32,000 nucleotides of DNA, taken from NCBI RefSeq assembly GCF_000189295.2, contig NC_016803.1:1860001-1892000 (forward strand), in the 5' to 3' direction. Under the pieces are notes generated by a model, which saw nothing but the letters and a program-made list of their open reading frames with translations, was not told the origin of the DNA and did not search any database. The translations under genes were made by a program, and so were the position numbers. This document shows, one piece after another, positions 26,552 to 32,000 of this stretch (its first letter is position 1; each line of letters opens with the position of its first letter). This DNA is from Pseudodesulfovibrio mercurii (lineage in GTDB: Bacteria > Desulfobacterota > Desulfovibrionia > Desulfovibrionales > Desulfovibrionaceae).

Positions 26552-26698
26552 GGGAGTCTTCCTTGGTGGTGTTTTCGGTCCGGGAGCCATACACCGGGCA
26601 ATGGGCGGCTGTAAACCCGCAAGACCCGTTGCGACGTCGGCTTCTACGTGCTATCTTTCGGAAAAATTTGGCGATTCTGTTCAATAACGAGGATGTCC

Positions 26699-27526
26699 AT
26701 GGCCCGGGAACTCTGCCTTATCCACGCCAACTGCCAGGGCGAACCCCTGCTGGCCCGGCTCGCCTGCTGCCCGGCCTTCCGCGAGCGCTACGAGTGCCGC
26801 CTGTACACCAACTACGTGCGCGAACCCCTCCCCGAGGCCGACCTGACGCGCTGCTCCCTCTTCCTGTACCAGCAGCTCGGGCCCACCTGGGGCGAGCTGG
26901 CCTCGGCGTCGCTGATCGCACGGCTGCCGGACCGCGCCCGCGCCCTGTGCGTGCCGAACATGTTCTTCAAGGGGTACTGGCCCACCTGGTCGGGCCGGGC
27001 CGGGTTCGACTACCGCTGCGAGTTGCTCGACGGCTACATCGACGCCGGGCTGACCGCGGACGAGGCCGTGCTGCTCTATCTGCGCGCCGACCTGGCCGCC
27101 AAGTTCGACCTGGCCGCGCTCATGGAGGGCACCCTGCGCCGCGAGCGCGAACGCGAGGCCCACACCCCGATCAAGTACATGTCCCTGATCGAGGAACTCC
27201 ACGGCAGCCGACAGCTCTTCGCCACGGTCAACCACCCCGGCGCCCTGCTCATGGACCACGCTGCGCGCGGCGTGCTGCGCGAACTCGGCCTGCCCGCACC
27301 GGACCCCGCCGCCCTGGCCGCCCTGGGCGAGCCGTTCCCGGACTTCGAACAGCCCATCCACCCGTCCGTGGCCGCCTTCTTCGGCTGGGACTTCGCCGGG
27401 CCGGACCGCCGATACCGGGTCTACGGCCGGGACATGACCTTCGCCCGCTGGACCGCCAACTACGTCGCCGCCCGCCAACGCGGCGTCACCGACTTCATCG
27501 GCTTCCTGCAAGGGGTCGACGACTGA
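26699..27526 (+). CDS. WcbI-like protein (putative polysaccharide-modifying enzyme); function uncertain
   Basis: 275 aa. N-terminal LIHANCQGEPL and internal FATVNHPG resemble, from memory, the WcbI family pattern (GNCQ and NHP). The ATG at 26699 is 5 nt after GAGGA. The alternative ATG is at 26693. Confidence 0.6.
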   Translation: MARELCLIHANCQGEPLLARLACCPAFRERYECRLYTNYVREPLPEADLTRCSLFLYQQLGPTWGELASASLIARLPDRARALCVPNMFFKGYWPTWSGRAGFDYRCELLDGYIDAGLTADEAVLLYLRADLAAKFDLAALMEGTLRREREREAHTPIKYMSLIEELHGSRQLFATVNHPGALLMDHAARGVLRELGLPAPDPAALAALGEPFPDFEQPIHPSVAAFFGWDFAGPDRRYRVYGRDMTFARWTANYVAARQRGVTDFIGFLQGVDD

Positions 27527-27643
27527 CCCAACGGCGGCTTTCCGAGGACTGAAATCAGGTGGGGACGGCCGCTTCGCGGCTATGTCGGGTGACTGGATTC
27601 GCCCCGTCCTCCATTTGGCTTTTGCGGCGCGGCGTATTGAACA

Positions 27644-27671
27644 TCAAGTTTTATTAAGCGGCGTCCGATAA
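27644..27671 (+). promoter_or_regulatory. Sigma28 (FliA)-type promoter
   Basis: TCAAGTTT-N12-TCCGATAA. That is 7/8 in each box with a spacer 1 nt longer than consensus. It lies 32 nt upstream of the ATG at 27703. Confidence 0.45.
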
Positions 27672-27702
27672 GAGGTGTACGCGACCATCACGGAGGAAGG
27701 TC

Positions 27703-28059
27703 ATGTACATCGATTGGGATACCAGCCAGGTGCAGGGTGGGTCGGGGTTCGAGCCCTGGCCCGGAGCGGACGGACGGGAACAGGGACCTGTCTGGCCCGG
27801 CGATGTCGTGGACATCTCGGAAGAGGCCGTGCGCGCCTTCCGCGAGGCGGCCATCGAGCCCATCAAGCACGGCACCTTCTCCCTGGACCGGCTCGAGGCG
27901 CGCATCAGCGTGGTCCGCGCCGAGATCGCCCACATCTGGGGCTCCGCCCTGCCCGACGACGAAAAGGAACTCCAGATATCGGCCCGCGAAAACGAGATCG
28001 CCCTGCTCCAGGCGGGCCAGTTCGCCTTTGCCAGGGCCGGGTTTCCGCTCAGCGTCTAG
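27703..28059 (+). CDS. 118-aa hypothetical protein
   Basis: A strong GGAGGAAGG RBS lies 3-4 nt before the ATG. Codon usage is GC3-rich, and a bidirectional terminator follows. I recognise no family. The segment DVVDISEEAVRAFREA...RLEARISVVRAEI is only vaguely FlgM-like. Confidence 0.7.
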   Translation: MYIDWDTSQVQGGSGFEPWPGADGREQGPVWPGDVVDISEEAVRAFREAAIEPIKHGTFSLDRLEARISVVRAEIAHIWGSALPDDEKELQISARENEIALLQAGQFAFARAGFPLSV

Positions 28060-28077
28060 CCGCCTCCCACCGCATGC

Positions 28078-28119
28078 AAAAAAGGCCGCCGGGACTCACC
28101 CGGCGGCCTTCCATTTTTC
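28078..28119. terminator. Bidirectional terminator between convergent genes
   Basis: AAGGCCGCCGGG-ACTCA-CCCGGCGGCCTT (28082-28110), flanked by an A-run and a T-run. Confidence 0.85.
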
Positions 28120-28130
28120 GGACGCGAAAA

Positions 28131-28733
28131 TCACTTCAGTCGCGGAGGGCCGATGACGATCATCTCGGCGATGGTGTGGTCCACCTTGGGCAGGGCGCAC
28201 AGGTTCTTGCCCACGAACTGCATCTCGAGCAGGACCAGGTCCTTGTACATGGGGGTGCGGTCCACGAACGGGACCTCGGCCATGTCCTTGGTCAGGTCCT
28301 GGCAGCGGTAGCAGCCGGGGAAGCGGACCTCCTGGCCCGTGTGGCGGGTCAGCAGGTTGGGCACGCCGTGCATGCGGCAGATCATCAACCGGTGGTCGTA
28401 CAGGCCGCAGATGCCCTGCTTCTCGTCGATGTTCAGCGGGCACATGAGGTGCGGCCGCTCGCCGCGCGCCAGGGCCGCCTGGGCCCGGTCCACGTAGTCG
28501 CGAGCCCTGGCCTGGATATCCTCCAGCCGGTCGGCCGGGAGCCGGTTCAGCCCCTCCCACATGTAGGCCCACTCCACGTAGGTGTGGTGCTGGAAAAAGG
28601 ACAGGCAGCAGTTGTCGGCGCACCCTTCGCAGGTCATGCCGATGGGCCCGGCCACCTCGTCGTAGCGGGCGACCATCTTGTCGTATATGGCGGCCAGCTT
28701 GCGGAAGGCGGCCTTGGGGGTCAGTTTGTTCAT
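28131..28733 (-). CDS. YkgJ-family cysteine-cluster protein (CxxCxxCC zinc/iron-chelating domain)
   Basis: MNKLTPKAAF...MTCEGCADNCCLSFF...CPLNIDEKQGICGLYDHRLMICRMHG. The ATG at 28733 overlaps the aroK TGA stop (ATGA). The upstream part of the track ORF would overlap aroK. Confidence 0.85.
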   Translation of the reverse strand: MNKLTPKAAFRKLAAIYDKMVARYDEVAGPIGMTCEGCADNCCLSFFQHHTYVEWAYMWEGLNRLPADRLEDIQARARDYVDRAQAALARGERPHLMCPLNIDEKQGICGLYDHRLMICRMHGVPNLLTRHTGQEVRFPGCYRCQDLTKDMAEVPFVDRTPMYKDLVLLEMQFVGKNLCALPKVDHTIAEMIVIGPPRLK

Positions 28734-29266
28734 GCTATCTGGATATGTTGGAGGATCTGGTCCACGCACTCCTCGGGAGCGCATTGGTCGGTGCGGACCG
28801 TCAGGTCGGCGGCCTCGCGGTAGAGGGGCAGCCGTTCGTTGTACAGGTCGCGCATGGTCTTGCCCGGCCCGATGGCCAGGCCGCGGTTTTCGCCGCTGCC
28901 CACGCGCTCAAGGAAGGTGGCCTCGTCGATGTCGAGCAGGACCACCGGGCCCAGCTCCTTGAGACGGCGGACCGCCTCGGGCCCGTAGATGACCGAGCCG
29001 CCCGTGGAGATGACCGTGCGCGTCAGGTTCAGTTCCGAGACCAGCCGCTCCTCGATGCGCAGGAAATCCTCCAGGCCGTAGGTGTCCATGATCGCCTGGA
29101 GGCTCAGCCCGTAGTAGGACTCCATGTACCTGTCCGTGTCGAGCTGGCCCCAGCCGAGCCGCCGGGCCAGGAGTTCGCCCAGGGTGGACTTGCCCGCCCC
29201 GGCCATGCCCACCAGGGTGATGCACGGTCGGCTGACCTCGTCGCGCTGGATCGGCGTGAAGGCCAT
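28730..29266 (-). CDS. aroK: Shikimate kinase
   Basis: P-loop LVGMAGAGKSTLG, then DTD...STGGG-like STGGSVI; 178 aa. Confidence 0.92.
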   Translation of the reverse strand: MAFTPIQRDEVSRPCITLVGMAGAGKSTLGELLARRLGWGQLDTDRYMESYYGLSLQAIMDTYGLEDFLRIEERLVSELNLTRTVISTGGSVIYGPEAVRRLKELGPVVLLDIDEATFLERVGSGENRGLAIGPGKTMRDLYNERLPLYREAADLTVRTDQCAPEECVDQILQHIQIA

Positions 29267-29268
29267 GC

Positions 29269-29811
29269 CTACTCGCCCCGGACCAGGCAGACCCGGTCCT
29301 CGCCGTCCCGTTCAACGACCAGCACGTTGACGTGCTCGTTGCCCAGGGTGTCCAGCTTCTTGCCCACGTAGTCCGCCTGGATCGGCAGCTCGCGGTGGCC
29401 CCGGTCCACCAGGACCAGCAGCTCCACCCGCCTGGGGCGGCCGTAATCGAGGATGGCCTCCAGCGCGGCCCGGATGGTCCGGCCCGAGTAGAGCACGTCG
29501 TCCACCAGCACGATGGACTTGCCCTCCACGTCGAAGCCGATCTCCGAACAGTTGATGGTCGGGGCCAGCTCCAGGTTGGTGGTCCAGTCGTCGCGGTAGA
29601 GGTTGATGTCCAGCTTGCCCAGGGGCACCTTGCGCCCGAGCCGCGCGTCCAGCAGCTTCTTCAGCCGCTCGGCCAGGTCCGCGCCCCGCCGCTGGATGCC
29701 CAGGATGGCCAGGGACGCGTCGTCGCCCCGCCGCTCGTATATCTCGACGGCCAGCCGTTCGAGCGTCCGGCTCATTTCCCTTTCGGACAATATGGTGCCG
29801 CAGTCTTTCAT
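29269..29811 (-). CDS. pyrR: Bifunctional pyrimidine regulatory protein / uracil phosphoribosyltransferase PyrR
   Basis: PRPP motif VLVDDVLYSGRTIRAAL, ILGIQRRGADLAERL, and a length of 180 aa from the ATG at 29811. The track start at 29871 is the alternative. Confidence 0.88.
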   Translation of the reverse strand: MKDCGTILSEREMSRTLERLAVEIYERRGDDASLAILGIQRRGADLAERLKKLLDARLGRKVPLGKLDINLYRDDWTTNLELAPTINCSEIGFDVEGKSIVLVDDVLYSGRTIRAALEAILDYGRPRRVELLVLVDRGHRELPIQADYVGKKLDTLGNEHVNVLVVERDGEDRVCLVRGE

Positions 29812-29972
29812 AATCTCGGCCTCACGGTGCTTGGCGGTTGAAGGAACGTAGAAAACTAGCCCATCCCCCATGTACGGTCAACTCCGCCGCACCTCATGGA
29901 AAGTTTCGATTTGACAAAGGGTACTATTGATCTTACCTCTTCTATTCCCGACCCAAATTAGGAGGCATTATA

Positions 29973-30317
29973 ATGATCGAAGTCACCGAAGCTGCCCAGA
30001 AGCAGCTCGAAGGCTACTTCCAGGACAAGGAAGCGTCCCCGATCCGCGTGTATCTCGCGGCCGGCGGCTGAGCGGGCCCGCGCCTGACCCTGGCTCTGGA
30101 TGAGCCTAACGATATGGACGACGTGTCCGAGGCCGGTGGATTCACCTTCCTCGTGGAAAAGGACCTGCTGGCCCAGACCGGCGATATCAGAATCGACATG
30201 ACCTACTACGGATTCGTCGTGGAGTCCCAGAACCCGGTCAGCGGCGGCGGCGACAGCTGCTCCTGCTCCTCCTCGGGTTCCTGCTCCTCCGCAGGCTCCG
30301 GCGGCTGCGGCTGCTAG
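29973..30317 (+). CDS. HesB/IscA-like protein with in-frame UGA (putative selenocysteine, codon 33)
   Basis: The ATG at 29973 is 7 nt after AGGAGG (29960-29965). The frame runs MIEVTEAAQKQLEGYFQDKEASPIRVYLAAGG-TGA(30069-30071)-AGPRLTLALDEPNDMDD... to the TAG at 30315-30317. The track shows only the 3' part (30114..30317), which is in the same frame. It is colinear with the paralog at 30895..31215, where the same position is TGC (Cys). Confidence 0.75.
30092..30106 (+). promoter_or_regulatory. Candidate SECIS apical hairpin
   Basis: GGCUC-UGGAU-GAGCC begins 21 nt after the UGA and has G in the first two loop positions. The equivalent codons in the Cys paralog (GCC CUG GAC GAG GU) cannot form this hairpin. 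Confidence 0.4.
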
Positions 30318-30340
30318 CCGCCAGCTGCCGATACGACGCC

Positions 30341-30658
30341 ATCCGCTGCGTTGCTGCAAAAGGCCCGGACCCTCGCGTATGAAGATACGCTTCGGCCCCG
30401 GGCCTTTTTTGCGCCTTGCGGCTGACGCCGTCTCGACAGCTGGCTCTCGCACGTTGAGGCGGTAAGAAAAAATGCCCGGACTGTTGCGTATGTTTTGATA
30501 CGCTTCGGTCCCGGGCTTTTTTTGCGCCTTGCGGCTCACCACTTCTCGCCAGCTAGCCCATCTCCCGCCAAGGGAATTGGGCGGGACGCGCCCGGACCCT
30601 CGCATATGTTTTGGTATGCTTCGCCCCCGGGCCCTTTTGCGCCTTGCGGCTGACGCCG
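30341..30658 (+). repeat. Three tandem terminator-like units downstream of the Sec-type HesB gene
   Basis: Hairpins GCCCGG...CCGGGC, each followed by a T-run, lie at 30363-30410, 30474-30523 and 30590-30638. Each is followed by GCGCCTTGCGGCT(G/C)AC. Confidence 0.85.
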
Positions 30659-30894
30659 TCTCACGAGTTGGGCCATTTCCATTATATAAAATCGGGCGAG
30701 GCGGGGTGCGGGCGGTCGTTCGCCTGGTTGCGGCTTGGGGCGAGCGGATTTCCGGGGATGAAATTTCAGATTTTTTCAGTCGGGATTACGGCGGGTTGGG
30801 GCGGCCGGATCGGGTTGTGCATCGTTTTTCTCTTTACATCGGATAGATGATCCTTATTGTCTTGGGGAACGAACCCCATCCAGGAGAGAATCAT

Positions 30895-31215
30895 ATGATC
30901 ACAGTTTCCGAATCGGCCCAGAATGAACTGACCAAATATTTCGAGGACAAGGACGTGCAGCCCATCCGGGTGCACCTGGCCGACGGCGGTTGCGCCGGTC
31001 CGCGCCTGTCCCTGGCCCTGGACGAGGTGCGCGAAGGCGACAAGTCCGTGGAGCAGGGAGCCTTCACCTTCCTGATCAACGAGGAACTGGCCCAGGCCTC
31101 GGGCGCGGTCTCCATCGACATGACCCCCTACGGCTTCCAGGTCTCTTCCGAGAACCAGATCGGCGGCGGGGGTTGCGGATGCTCCTCCTGCGGCACCGGC
31201 TCCTGCGGCTGCTAG
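30895..31215 (+). CDS. HesB/IscA-like protein (Cys-containing paralog)
   Basis: The ATG at 30895 follows AGGAGA. MITVSESAQNELTKYFEDKDVQPIRVHLADGGCAGPRLSLALDE...IDMTPYGFQV...GGGGCGCSSCGTGSCGC. The internal Cys plus the C-terminal CGC is the A-type carrier ligand pattern. Confidence 0.88.
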   Translation: MITVSESAQNELTKYFEDKDVQPIRVHLADGGCAGPRLSLALDEVREGDKSVEQGAFTFLINEELAQASGAVSIDMTPYGFQVSSENQIGGGGCGCSSCGTGSCGC

Positions 31216-31231
31216 GCCGCGATAAGCGGCG

Positions 31232-31362
31232 ATCCGCTGCGTTGCTTCAAAAAGCCCGGACCCTCGCGTATTAAGATACGCTTCGGTCCCGGGCTTTTTT
31301 TGCGCCTTGCGGCTGACGCCGTCTCGCCAGCCAGCCCATCTCCCGCCAAGGGGATTGGGCGG
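31232..31362 (+). repeat. Fourth copy of the terminator-like unit (3' flank duplicated together with the HesB gene)
   Basis: ATCCGCTGCGTTGCTTCAAAAAGCCCGGACCCTCGCGTATTAAGATACGCTTCGGTCCCGGGCTTTTTTTGCGCCTTGCGGCTGACGCCGTCTCG is nearly identical to 30341-30435. The tail CCAGCCAGCCCATCTCCCGCCAAGGGGATTGGGCGG matches 30549-30585. Confidence 0.85.
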
Positions 31363-31437
31363 ATCGCGTCGGGGACGCCCGCAGTCGCGGGCTGTCGACG
31401 TCATCGGATCGGGAAAGGCAAAAAGCCGCCAGGAATC

Positions 31438-31742
31438 TTTCCATATAAAAAGCGAAACACCATATCGCGTTTCGCTTTTCAAACGGAAAACCACACCCCA
31501 CCATCCCCCATGGAGCGCCTTCGGGTGCCCCCGGCACCCGAACAGCGGCTCTCGCGCCAGCACGCTGTTCCGCACAACGCACCCCGGCCACGGGGCCGCT
31601 CCCCCGCGCCCCTCGCCATCAGGCTTGGGAGAGTGGGTCAGCTGTGCATTTTCTTCCGGCCGCGACAACCGCAGCGTAGCCGTCTACGTGAGGATTGGCG
31701 CGGCCGGAAAAAATGTGCAGATGGCCCGCTCTCGCAAGCCGC
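31438..31742 (+). repeat. Composite structured repeat, copy lacking module A (H1-H2-B)
   Basis: H1 is AAAAAGCGAAAC...GTTTCGCTTTT at 31447-31480. H2 is GGGTGCC-CCC-GGCACCCGAACAGCGGCTC at 31523-31551. B spans 31629-31742 with its hairpin at 31635-31727. Confidence 0.85.
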
Positions 31743-31758
31743 GCCCGAGCCTCCTCCC

Positions 31759-31794
31759 CCAAAGAAAAAGGGCGGTGCTCGCTTGGCACCGCCC
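31759..31794 (-). terminator. Rho-independent terminator of the right-edge gene
   Basis: The minus strand reads GGGCGGTGC-CAAGCGA-GCACCGCCC followed by TTTTTCTTTGG. It lies 40 nt after the TAA at 31835-31837. Confidence 0.8.
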
Positions 31795-31834
31795 ACTTCG
31801 ATTAGGACCGCAATCCCGGCCCTGACAGCCGGGT

Positions 31835-32000
31835 TTAATCGAAAGTCCTTTCATCGACGAGACGAGGGGCGTTCTCAGGCAGGGTGCCGGGGACGCAGGT
31901 CTCGACGACTGGTCGCAGTTTCATCGTGGCCTGGAAGTCGGCCTCGAAGCTTTCCGTATCGAAAGGCTGCGCCGTTTCCGCCACAACCACGAGTACGTCC
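31835..32000 (-). CDS. C-terminal 55 codons of an unidentified protein (5' part beyond the right edge)
   Basis: Open minus-strand frame ...DVLVVVAETAQPFDTESFEADFQATMKLRPVVETCVPGTLPENAPRLVDERTFD, ending in TAA. GC3-rich codons and a proper terminator downstream support it. It is not in the ORF track because no start lies in the window. Confidence 0.55.
   Translation of the reverse strand, partial: DVLVVVAETAQPFDTESFEADFQATMKLRPVVETCVPGTLPENAPRLVDERTFD

Noticed and set aside
26552-26698. Cobalamin riboswitch upstream of cobT
   Set aside because: The leader is only about 145 nt. It has no B12 box (AGYCMGGNGACCKGCC-like) and no GGGAA or GGTGAAAATCC elements.
30341-30658. CRISPR-like regular repeats
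   Set aside because: The units are hairpins followed by T-runs (terminator-like). Spacing is irregular, the inter-unit sequence is itself repeated, and no cas genes are present.

Overview
High-GC bacterial chromosomal segment. Gene content and codon bias look like a sulfate-reducing Desulfovibrionaceae-type deltaproteobacterium (inference only). I support 33 protein-coding genes, mostly housekeeping. In order: a partial sensor kinase, a DUF4405 membrane protein and a ZraP/CpxP-like periplasmic protein behind a sigma54 promoter; an FmdB zinc-ribbon gene, dCMP deaminase, ribD, an orphan solute-binding protein and ribE; a ~1 kb repeat-rich noncoding gap; leuS and nusB-ribH-ribBA on the minus strand; a GGDEF cyclase and a GT2-like gene; lptE-holA-radC-acyP; lon; two tandem paralogous TPR proteins; a second FmdB gene and hemC; a 65-aa ORF behind a near-consensus sigma28 promoter; cobT; a WcbI-like protein; a 118-aa orphan; a pyrR-aroK-ykgJ operon; two tandem HesB/IscA-like genes; and one partial CDS at the right edge. 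I saw no rRNA, tRNA, CRISPR array, transposase or phage genes. The unusual content is recoding and noncoding structure. (1) The first HesB-like gene reads through an in-frame TGA that aligns exactly with a Cys codon in the adjacent paralog, so it is a likely selenoprotein that the ORF track splits. (2) A ~350-nt composite repeat family has conserved linkers and helices that keep pairing while changing sequence. Every copy sits just 3' of a gene and points the same way as that gene, which suggests a structured RNA or MITE family. (3) Sigma28-type promoters precede three function-unknown genes. (4) The sensor kinase periplasmic loop and its co-transcribed periplasmic partner share a Met/Gly-rich motif. 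All coordinates, hairpins and motif matches were derived by hand from the sequence. Nothing was searched against a database.
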